A stretch of 19,641 bases of DNA from Tubiluchus corallicola. Lineage: Eukaryota > Animalia > Priapulida. The position numbers and the translations under genes were made by a program. The DNA is taken from the NCBI GenBank assembly GCA_030141605.1, contig JAQGDQ010001283.1, positions 30,130-49,770 of the forward strand, read 5' to 3'. This document shows positions 10,548 through 19,641 of this stretch, one piece after another. The stretch's first letter is position 1. Each line of letters starts with the position of its first letter. The notes below the pieces were generated by a model. That model was not told the origin of the DNA and ran no database searches. It saw nothing but the letters and a program-made list of their open reading frames with translations.

Positions 10548-11209
10548 TTATGCGGAGTGACTCACTAAAGCCGCCATTGTGCGGAACTGCATGTTGCATT
10601 GAGCACACAAAAACGGTCCGTTACCACGACAGCCGCCATTTTGCTGCTGCTGCTGTTGTGTGGTGTGGCACTCTAGCATCCCCAATGTGTGGAACATCGA
10701 GCTACATTGTCCACACAAAAGCGTCACAGCAGCATCAGCGACATTTTGTTGCTGATGCTGTTGTAAGGCGTGCTTCTCTAAAGCCTCCTTTGTGTGGAAG
10801 GCTATGTCGCATCGACCACACAAAAACGGCCCCTCGTCATCGCAGCCACCATTTTTGTACTGCTGCTGCTGTTGTGTGACATGGCACTCTAAACCCGCCA
10901 ATGTGTAGAACGCCATGCCACATTGGCAACACAAAAACGACACAACAGTATCATACAACACAACAGTATCATCGTCACCATCTTGAGCATCATTTTGTTG
11001 CTGCTGCTGGTGTGTGATGTGCCTCACTAAATCCGCCAATGTGCGGAATACCAAACCACATCGGTCACACGAAAACGGCCCGTCCTCGTCACAGCAGCCA
11101 TTTTGTTGCTGCCACTGTTGTCGTGTGGCGTGCCACTCTAACGCCGTCAATGTGTGGAACCCCATACCGCATTGCCCACACAAAAACGGTACAACAGCAG
11201 CGGCAGCAA

Positions 11210-11242
<33 letters not shown>

Positions 11243-11619
11243 CCTCATCACCATTTTGTTGCTGCTGGTGTTGTAACACGTGACTCTCTAAAGTCGACTT
11301 TGTGTTGAACCACATGCCACATCGGTCACACAAAAACGGCCCATCATCATCTTCCACCTTGACACCATTTTGTTGCTGCTGCTGTTGTAACACATGGCTC
11401 TCTAAAGCCGTCATTGTGTGGAGCAGCATGCCGCATCGGACACACAAAAACGGCCCACCATCATCGCCACCTTGAGTGGCATTTTGTTGCTGCTGCTGTT
11501 GTAACACATGGCTCTCTAAAGCCGTCATTGTGTGGAACAGCATGCCACATCGCTCACACAAAAACGGCCCAACATAAGCTTCAACAGCATCATCAACGCC
11601 ACCTTGGTTGCCACGCTGC

Positions 11620-11686
<67 letters not shown>

Positions 11687-11745
11687 GCTGTTGTTGTTGG
11701 CGTCGTCTCGTTAAATGTCTCCGTAGATCATGGTTGCCACGTTGC

Positions 11746-11779
<34 letters not shown>

Positions 11780-12089
11780 GGCGTCGTCTCGTTGGGTGTC
11801 TCCGTAGATCATGGTTGCCGTGCTGCTGTTGTTGTTGTTGTTGCTGTTGTTGTTGTTGTTGTCGTCTCGTTGGATGTCTCCGTAGTATATGAGAGCGTAG
11901 ACCGTATTGCGTCATGACCGTATGACCACACACGTGGCAAAGAAAATTTCTTTCGTGGCCATAATGGTCGATCGCAACGTGCCTCAGCATAGCTCTCATA
12001 CTACGACAGACCCGCCCGCATATATCACAGGTGGCAATGACTAATCTTCTTACTAGCACCTGGGATCTGAAGATGCGGAGTGAGTCCAT
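10548..12089 (-). CDS. 513-aa C2H2-type zinc-finger repeat protein with poly-Gln and poly-Asp linkers (11 finger-like units)
   Basis: Open frame with good Kozak context (ACCATCATGG). Two canonical N-terminal C2H2 fingers are followed by nine PFLCxxCGMxFxTxxxLExH-Qn units. The stop looks like a CAA>TAA mutation. Confidence 0.85.
11600..11890 (-). repeat. Three LRRH(P/L)TRR-(CAA/CAG)n-GN repeats with long CAA microsatellites
   Basis: (TTG)n tracts on the + strand at about 11615-11699, 11740-11780 and 11821-11861, separated by near-identical CGTCGTCTCGTT...TGTCTCCGTAG spacers. Confidence 0.92.
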
Positions 12090-12139
12090 GATGGTCGCGT
12101 GTTATAGCGGGTGTTTGTTGATCTCCTATAAGGTGTATT

Positions 12140-12331
12140 CTGTAAGAAAATAATTAACACTAATCAAATGTTATAGCATGGAATTCGCGTGTGCACGCGT
12201 TATTGCAAAAGAAGAAGAATTTCGCTTAGGCGAATTATGATGTAATTAAAGTCTATTGCTTTGTTATTGAAAAAAAGCATTAAAGTACCATTATAAACTA
12301 AAAATATGCTAAAGAATAAAAGTACACTTAC
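12140..12331 (-). other. Putative 5'-UTR intron of the zinc-finger gene
   Basis: On the - strand, donor CA|GTAAGT at 12331 and acceptor TTATTTTCTTACAG| at 12140, 50 nt upstream of the ATG. Confidence 0.5.
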
Positions 12332-12458
12332 TGTAAATTTTGGAGCTTCCACGCTGCTGCCACAGTGGATACCAAAACACATATGGTGTTTTTCATTCGC
12401 TAAAGATCTCTTTTATTTCGAAAATAGCGAGCCAACGACCTCACACTTAAATTGTAAT

Positions 12459-12797
12459 TAGAAGGGATTTTTTCTCCCCCCAAATGCTATCACTTAATCA
12501 CGTTATTACACTCCAAATAACGTACTGTTTTTCTACAAAGAAATATATTAATGGTGATTATGTAGAAATTAAAATAAGCTTTGGTAATTGCGGTCTTAAA
12601 ATCATGCTACTAGAAGGGATTTTTTCTTCGTCAAATGCTCTCACCTAATCACGTTATTACACTCCAAATAACGTACTGTTTTTCTACAAAGAAATATATT
12701 AATGGTGATTATGTAGAAATTAAACTAAGCTTTGCTAATAGCGGCCTTAAAATCATGCCACTATTAGGAAGCACAAATTAAAGTAAGCTTTGCTAAT
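12459..12797 (+). repeat. 152-bp tandem duplication plus partial third copy upstream of the zinc-finger gene
   Basis: TAGAAGGGATTTTTTCT... at 12459 and 12611. AAATTAAA.TAAGCTTTG recurs a third time at about 12775. Confidence 0.93.
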
Positions 12798-13092
12798 GTG
12801 TGCGAAAATCTACACTCTGTCAAAGTGCTAGAAAATCTCTTAATTAACATCATAATTATCGCATCATCTTGATGCAGCAACCGAAAAGTTTCCAACCACA
12901 CAAAATCCATGAAAAAAGAACCTTTAATGCGACAATGCACCTCTTCTGTGTCACTTAGCTAAGCGCGGATTAACCGCTATCAGGCGCCAACTTATTCGCG
13001 ATTTCAGAGATAAGGCTCCCCCCCCCCCAGGGTTGTAGTTCTGCATTCATATACTTCAAAGGTCTTTATGTGAGCTAGTTATATTAATATTC

Positions 13093-13534
13093 TTCGTATA
13101 TATGAAAAAAAAGCAATTGATTTTAGAGCATTGATAATTTGTATCCGAGAAAAAAAGGAGGACTTTTAATGCTTTAAAACAGGATAGAAAGATTTTAGAG
13201 CATCATTTTTCTTCGTTAATTTTAGAACATTGCTAAGAAAAGCTAGCTCCCCGTCATCGTTCTTCTTGTCTTTCAAAGACAGCATATGGAAAGAATAATT
13301 TAATATTCGCATTATTCGTATATATGAAAAAAACCAATTGATTTTAGAGCATTGATAATTCGTATCCGAGAAAAAAGGAGGACTTTTAATGCTTTAAAAC
13401 AGGATAGAAAGATTTTAGAGCATCATTTTCTTCGTTGATTTTAGAACATTGCTAAGAAAGCTAGCTCCCCGTCATCATTCTTCTTGTCTTTCAAAGACAG
13501 CATGTGGAAAGAATAATTTAATATTCGCATTATT
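13093..13534 (+). repeat. ~222-bp tandem duplication
   Basis: TTCGTATATATGAAAAAA...TTTAATATTCGCATTATT at about 13093-13316 and 13315-13534. The copies differ mainly in homopolymer lengths. Confidence 0.95.
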
Positions 13535-13992
13535 GGAAAGCTAGTTGCTTTGCTAATTCGCTTAATGATATTGTGTGAAAGTATAATATATTTGCTCTAT
13601 TCTTCAATAATTTCTTTTTAAACAACTAATCGTATGAAGTAAGTAAACGCTTTTAGCAAATTATAATATTCGCCGTATTAATTCATATTCTTTTGACTAA
13701 TTTGTTAGCATTAGCAGTGAAGATAGACATATTATTATTAGGATATCTAAGAACCTATTGAAGATGGTTAATCTCGGATTGTGTGAAAAACATCCATTTC
13801 GGGTGATGGCTGTAAGTATTAATGTTTTGTACAATTCCCATGTGTTCTTACTAACAAGACACTTTGTCTGAAGACCCACTCAATTAATAGTCGCACTAAT
13901 AGCCGACCACCTAAATACTTTATTAGTCAGTTTAGAAAGCCTGCTGTTAAAAAAAGCTGTTTATGAAGTATTTTGAATTTTTCTGGAATCAG

Positions 13993-15432
13993 TGCCATGC
14001 AAGTCGAAGTCGTGTCTGACTCTGAGATGATGAGTAATTTTTTCAACAAAGGGTAGACGGTACCTGTGCTATATTGTGCTTGCTGTACATTCAAACGCGA
14101 ATTTTTAGTCTAATAGTAAAGCGCCTCAGTTTTTTTTCTCTTTGTACATCTAGACGCGCTTAAATAGCCGCGGGTGTCATGTCTCGCAAGTCAATTAAGT
14201 CCTCATTAGCTAGGTAGTCGAGTCAATTAGCGGATTAAGCAATAGACAGGTGGCCGCCTTGGCGTTTGATCAGATGAGTGCATTCGCTGTGTGAGGCATA
14301 TCAACTCCCATTCATTAGTCTTGCAAAACTAGCAATGATTCTAAAACCGATACGCAATGTTTTCTCTGTCGCAAAATGCTCTGTGACACACCTACCTTGC
14401 CAGAAAGTGGTATGCGTGACTTTGCTTTACTGGAGACCAGCGCTACAATATTGACTACTGACTGGTGCATCGTAATAAGGATCTGCCCCAGAAACCCAGA
14501 ATCGTGATTACCATGATCTGCTGGTGTTTACAATGACCACTCGTGGTCTATAGGTTTTTGTGTACAGTTCAAATAGTAGATTCAGACAGCGTGAAAGCAA
14601 TAGTATAATATAATACAATTATTTTTCATTTTTATGGATCATAATTTCCACATGAAACTCAAGTATTTATCAGCAGCGCAACAACAGTGACTTTCGAGGC
14701 AAATTGAGTGTCACACGTTACTTTCCGCAGGTGTGCGAGCTCTTCAAAGAGGAATTAACAGTGGCACACACGCAGACAGACAACTCCAAATTCAACAGTG
14801 CGAAATGATATTAAACTAATGTAAGAACTTTAGTCGCTCAGTTGCTAATGCTATCAGACAGGCAGGAAGGATTCAGAATGTCGAAAATTTAATAATAATC
14901 GTTGCATGGGGTCGCGTGGCAGCAGCTATATGCGTCGTTAGGCAACGGAGCGCATCGATGTTAAAATCGTATTGAGAATCGAGGGTTGAATTTTCGTCAC
15001 GCGATCATGTTAAGAAGTGAGACCGCCGCATGGCAAGAATGTTGTCAGTCATGGTCTGTCACTTTTACGTGAAGCGAATCACTGGTTCTCGTGGTGAGTT
15101 GGAAATTGTATAATTAAGAAAACATTCAGCACACTGTGATTATCTACTCAGCTAGGAAAAATATTTTGCTTGACATATTTAGCCATTGGTTTTGGTTTTG
15201 TTTTAACTTTTACTGCCGAGAAACGAAGGGTTTGACAATTACTTAAGAAAATCAGATTGACACATTGATATATCAAAATGTAAAGATAATTTTAACTATC
15301 ATTAGTTATTATTGTTCTGACGGGTAAAAAAAGTGGATGACGACCAAAGATCAGGCTCTGCTTTAGGTAATACCGCGTCATCATCATCATCATCGTTGGA
15401 TACAGTTGACAAAAAATAAGGAAACCCAGAAA
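13993..15432 (+). pseudogene. Diverged paralogous fragment of gene X (exon 13993-14051; intron end plus exon about 15283-15432)
   Basis: 14009-14051 aligns with the reverse complement of 10038-10080 (VEVVSDSEMMSNFFNK vs VVEFDSEMLSNFLIK). 15283-15432 aligns with the reverse complement of about 9845-9972 (KKW..KD...SSSLDTVDK.KET, with stops and frameshifts). The latter recurs at about 18407-18556. Confidence 0.7.
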
Positions 15433-16449
15433 TTAATCATGTTCGGCGAGGTGTGAGTAGACTGTCTGTTACACGTGCTAATGGTCAGTCCGTGCTAACA
15501 ATCGTGCTCGGCGGTGTGTGCGCGTGTGAGTAGACTGTATGTTGCACGATGCGACCACATTGGATGAAGCGAAGGAGGCTTTTCGGCGACGACTCAGAAA
15601 TTAATCATGCTCGGCGATGCGTGAGTAGACTGTATGTTACACGTGGTGACGCTCGTGCTAATGGTCGGCCCGTGCTAACAATCGTGCTCGGCGGTGTGTG
15701 CGCGTGTGAGTAGACTGTATGTTGCACGATGCGACCGCATTGGATGGAGCGAAGAAGGCTTTTTCGGTGACGGCATCCATCCATCTCAGATAAAGGTAGG
15801 ATAAAATTTTTAAAAATTGTATCGCAACTTAGACGCGCATAAAAGAACATTCTAACCCGGATGAGGGTGGGGTAAAATTTTTAAAAATTGCAAGGCAATT
15901 TAGACTCGCATAAAAGAACATCCTAACCATTTAACGACGACGACGAGACTGCTGCACCTGGGTAGAGAAATCTTTTAGCCCATTATCTAGCTAGCTAGGC
16001 GGCGAGGCGAGAGTCGATTACCGGATTAGCCACAATTAGGGTGGAGCAAGCAAAGTGCGCAGCGAGCGCGCGTCGAACGGACGACTGCATTTAGCGCGGA
16101 GGGGGGGGTGTTCTCGCCGGGCGCACCCCCCCCCAAAGCGTGCGGGAGTTCCAACCGTCACTCCTAATCCTTAAATCGAGCACTTAACTAGCGCAACAAT
16201 AGACCCACTTCACTTTTTTAGGGGGGTGATTTTTGTTCCCACCCCCGGCAGCCGAGGGGGGCGTGGCCCGTCGACCAACCGTCACTCCTAATCCTTAAAT
16301 TGGTCACTTAACTAGCACGACAATAGAGCCACTTCACTTTTTTAGGGGTGTTTCCGGATTTTCGCACTTTTTTAGGGGTGTTTTTCCCCACCCCCCCGGG
16401 GAAATCCCCACCCCCCCCGGGAAATCGGCCAGAGGTGTAACATCTAACC
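14063..16449 (+). repeat. Long direct repeat, copy 1 (~2.39 kb)
   Basis: Begins CCTGTGCTATATTGTGC and ends GGTGTAACATCTAACC. Colinear with 17189-19606, with scattered substitutions and indels. Confidence 0.95.
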
Positions 16450-17187
16450 ATGTTGCACGATGCGACCGCATTGGATGGAGCGAAGAAGGCTTTTTCGGTG
16501 ACGGCATCCATCCATCTCAGATAAAGGTAGGATAAAATTTTTAAAAATTGTATCGCAACTTAGACGCGCATAAAAGAACATTCTAACCCGGATGAGGGTG
16601 GGGTAAAATTTTTAAAAATTGCAAGGCAATTTAGACTCGCATAAAAGAACATCCTAACCATTTAACGACGACGACGAGACTGCTGCACCTGGGTAGAGAA
16701 ATCTTTTAGCCCATTATCTAGCTAGCTAGCTAGGCGGCGAGGCGAGAGTCGATTACCGGATTAGCCACAATCAATTAGGGTGGAGCAAGCAAAGTGCGTA
16801 GCGAGCACGCGTCGAACGGACGACTGCATTTAGCGCGGAGGGGGGGTGTTCTCGCCGGGCGCACCCCCCCCAAAGCGTGCGGGAGTTCCAACCGTCACTC
16901 CTAATCCTTAAATCGAGCACTTAACTAGCGCAACAATAGACCCACTTCACTTTTTTTAGGGGGTGATTTTTGTTCCCACCCCCGGCAGCCGAGGGGGGCG
17001 TGGCCCGTCGACCAACCGTCACTCCTAATCCTTAAATTGGTCACTTAACTAGCACGACAATAGAGCCACTTCACTTTTTTAGGGGTGTTTCCGGATTTTC
17101 GCACTTTTTTAGGGGTGTTTTTCCCCACCCCCCCGGGGAAATCCCCACCCCCCCCCGGGAAATCGGCCAGAGGTGTAACATCTAACC
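16450..17187 (+). repeat. Truncated copy 2 (~0.74 kb), duplicate of 15719-16449
   Basis: Starts ATGTTGCACGATGCGACCGC and ends GGTGTAACATCTAACC. Near-identical to copy 1 (extra CTAG, extra 4-nt AATC, homopolymer changes, few substitutions). Confidence 0.95.
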
Positions 17188-17188
17188 G

Positions 17189-19606
17189 CCTGTGCTATAT
17201 TGTGCTTGCTGTACATTCAAACGCGAATTTTTACTCTAACAGTAAAGCGCCTCAGTTTTTTTTCTCTTTGTACATCTAGACGCGCTTAAATAGCCGCGGG
17301 TGTCATGTCTCGCAAGTCAATTAAGTCCTCATTAGCTAGGTAGTCGAGTCAATTACCGGATTAAGCAATAGACACGTGCCCGCCTTGGCGTCTGATCAGA
17401 TGAGTGCATTCGCTGTGGGAGGCATATCAACTCCCATTCATTAGTCTTGCAAATCTAGCAATGATTCTAAAACCGATACGCAATGTTTTCTCTGTCGCAA
17501 AATGCTCAGTGACACACCTACCTTGCCAGAAAGTGGTATGCGTGACTTTGCTTTACTGGAGGCCAGCGCTACATTATTGAGCACTGTCTGGTGCATCGTA
17601 ATAAAGATCTGCCCCAGAAACCCAGAATCGTGATTACCATGATCTGTTGGTGTTTACAATGACCACTCGTGGTCTATAGGTTTTTGTGTACAGTTCAAAT
17701 AGTAGATTCAGACAGCGTGAAAGCAATAGCATAATATAATACAATTATTTTTCATTTTTATGGATCATAATTTCCACATGAAACTCAAGTATTTATCAGC
17801 AGCGCAACAACAGTGACTTTCGAGGCAAACTGAGTGTCACACGTTACTTTCCGCAGGTGTGCGAGCTCTTCAAAGAGGAATTAACAGAGGCAGACACGCA
17901 GACAGTCAACTCCAAATTCAACAGTGCGAAATGATATTAAACTAATGCAAGAACTTTACTCGCTCAGTTGCTAATGCAATCAGACAGGCGGGAAGGATTC
18001 AGAATGTCGAAAATTTAATAATAATCGTTGCATGGGGTCGCGTGGTAGCAGCTATACGCGTCGTTACGCAACGGAGCGCATCGGTGTTAAAATCGTATTG
18101 AGAATCGAGGGTTGAATTTTCGTCACGCGATCATGTTAAGAAGTGAGACCGCCGCGTGGTAAGAATGTTGTCAGACATGGTCTGTCACTTTTACGTGAAG
18201 CGAATCACTGGTTCTCGTGGTGAGTTGGAAATTGTATAATTAAGAAAACATTCAGCACGCTGTGATTATCTACTCAGCTAGGAAAAAATATTTTGCTTGA
18301 CATATTTAGCCATTGGTTTTGGTTTTGTTTTAACTTTTACTGCTGAGAAACGAAGGGTTTGACAATTACTTAAGAAAATCAGATTGGCACATTGTTATAT
18401 CAAAATGAAAAGATAATTTTAACTAACATTAGTTATTATTGTTCTGACGGATACAAAAGTGGATGACGACCAAAGATCAGGCTCTGCTTTAGGTAATACC
18501 GCGTCATCATCATCATCATCGTTGGATACAGTTGACAAAAAATAAAGAAACCCAGAAATTAATCATGTTCGGCGAGGTGTGAGTAGACTGTATGTTACAC
18601 GTGCTAACGTTCGTGCTAATGGTCAGTCCGTGCTAACAATCGTGCTCAGCGCTGTGTGCGCGCGTGAGTAGACTGTATGTTGCACGATGCGACCACATTG
18701 GATGAAACGAAGGAGGCTTTTCGGCGACGACTCAGAAATTAATCATGCTCGGCGACGCGTGAGTAGACTGTATGTTACACGCGGTAACGTTCGTGCTAAT
18801 GGTCGGCCCGTGCTAACAATCGTGCTCGGCGGTGTGTGCGCGTGTGAGTAGACTGTATGTTGCACGATGCGACCGCATTGGATGGAGCGAAGGAGGCTTT
18901 TTCGGCGACGGCATCCATCCATCCATCCATCCATCCATCTCGGATAAAGGTAGGATAAAATTTTTAAAAATTGTATTGCAACTTAGACGCGCATAAAAGA
19001 ACATTCTAACCCGGATGAGGGTGGGGTAAAATTTAAAAAAATTGCATGGCAATTTAGACTCGCATAAAAGAACATCCTAACCATTTAGCGACGACGACGA
19101 GACTGTGCACTGCTGCACGTGGCTAGAGAAATCTTTTAGCCCATTATCTAGCTAGCTAGGCGGCGAGAGTCGATTACCGGATTAGCCACAATTAGGGTGG
19201 AGCAAGCAAAGTGCGCAGCGAGCGCGTGTCGAACGGACGACTGCATTTACCGCGGAGGGGGGGTGTTCTCGCCGGGCGCACCCCCCCCCCCAAAGCGTGC
19301 GGGAGTTCCAACCGTCACTCCTAATCCTTAAATCGAGCACTTAACTAGCGCAACAATAGACCCACTTCACTTTTTTTAGGGGGGTGATTTTTGTTCCCAC
19401 CCCCGGCAGCCGAGGGGGGCGTGGCCCGTCGACCAACCGTCACTCCTAATCCTTAAATTGGTCACTTAACTAGCACGACAATAGAGCCACTTCACTTTTT
19501 TAGGGGTGTTTCCGGATTTTCGCACTTTTTTAGGGGTGTTTTTCCCCACCCCCCCGGGGAAATCCCCACCCCCCCGGGAAATCGGCCAGAGGTGTAACAT
19601 CTAACC
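17189..19606 (+). repeat. Long direct repeat, copy 3 (~2.42 kb)
   Basis: Colinear with 14063-16449, with an expanded (CCAT)n at about 18913-18939. Followed by TACT and then unrelated sequence. Confidence 0.95.
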
Positions 19607-19610
19607 TACT
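18553..19610. mobile_element. Candidate terminal inverted repeat/origin region of the element (~1 kb, built of nested subrepeats; equivalent to 15427-16449)
   Basis: Contains a ~170-180-bp unit x2 (CAGAAATTAATCATG..., with GTGAGTAGACTGT x4), a ~70-bp unit x2 (...CATAAAAGAACAT.CTAACC), CAACCGTCACTCCTAATCCTTAAAT x2, CACTTTTTTAGGGG x3 and G/C homopolymers, ending CTACT. The partner TIR is not in the window. Confidence 0.55.
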
Positions 19611-19641
19611 TGTTTCCATTACCGCCTGACTTGCCCACGCG

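Larger units (their letters stand above)
439..19610. mobile_element. Degenerate Polinton/Maverick (adintovirus-like) element, right-hand portion; left end not in window
   Basis: pPolB pseudogene of the animal Polinton type, plus a GC-rich, internally repetitive terminal segment ending ...CTAACCTACT at 19610 (reverse complement 5'-AGTAGGTTAG; Polinton termini begin 5'-AG). A fragment of the same terminal segment lies inside the polB gene. That all intervening DNA belongs to one element is inference. Confidence 0.55.

Noticed and set aside
10360-11917. Overlapping ORFs 10360-10608, 10385-10879, 11014-11283, 11039-11308, 11414-11917, 11532-11714 and 11608-11892 (poly-Val, -Leu, -Cys, -His, -Thr)
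   Set aside because: Antisense or alternate-frame shadows of the CAA/GAC trinucleotide tracts in the zinc-finger gene.
12200-13879. ORFs 12200-12382 and 13697-13879
   Set aside because: About 60 aa, no motifs; the first overlaps the predicted 5'-UTR intron.
14731-14820. Exon-like segment with acceptor TTTCCGCAG and donor GTAAGA
   Set aside because: The two frames examined contain stops and the donor is GC in copy 3, so it is unsupported as coding.
16101-16134. Co-variation of G-run and C-run lengths in the terminal hairpin
   Set aside because: Lengths are 8/9, 7/8 and 7/11 in the three copies, which is not consistent and is prone to homopolymer sequencing error.
16204-16449. True telomere array
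   Set aside because: TTTTAGGGG and CTAACC motifs are isolated, not tandem, and unique sequence follows 19610.
15605-19052. Short ORFs 15605-15850, 16308-16511, 17085-17279, 18743-18934 and 18813-19052
   Set aside because: They lie in terminal subrepeats, two of them cross repeat junctions, and frames are not preserved between copies.
14063-19606. LTR retrotransposon interpretation of the 2.4-kb direct repeats
   Set aside because: No TG...CA ends, PBS/PPT or gag-pol. The intervening DNA is itself a truncated copy.

Overview
AT-rich eukaryotic, probably animal, genomic DNA with spliceosomal GT-AG signals and microsatellites. It most likely holds the decayed right-hand part of a Polinton/Maverick (adintovirus-like) element. 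The left part (about 0.4-4.9 kb, + strand) is a frameshifted protein-primed family-B DNA polymerase pseudogene. Its catalytic motif A region is replaced by a mosaic insertion templated from two other loci in this window. The middle has several tandem/inverted repeats, a short-intron gene of unknown function on the - strand (8959-10188) containing a long hairpin, and a - strand poly-Gln zinc-finger repeat gene (10548-12089). The right part (14.06-19.6 kb) is three head-to-tail direct repeats with different left boundaries that all end at the same base (...GGTGTAACATCTAACC). The outermost copy continues with TACT, so the - strand begins 5'-AGTAG, resembling a Polinton terminus. No integrase, capsid, packaging ATPase or protease gene is recognisable, and no rRNA, tRNA or CRISPR array was seen. 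All alignments were done by eye, so boundaries may be off by a few bases.
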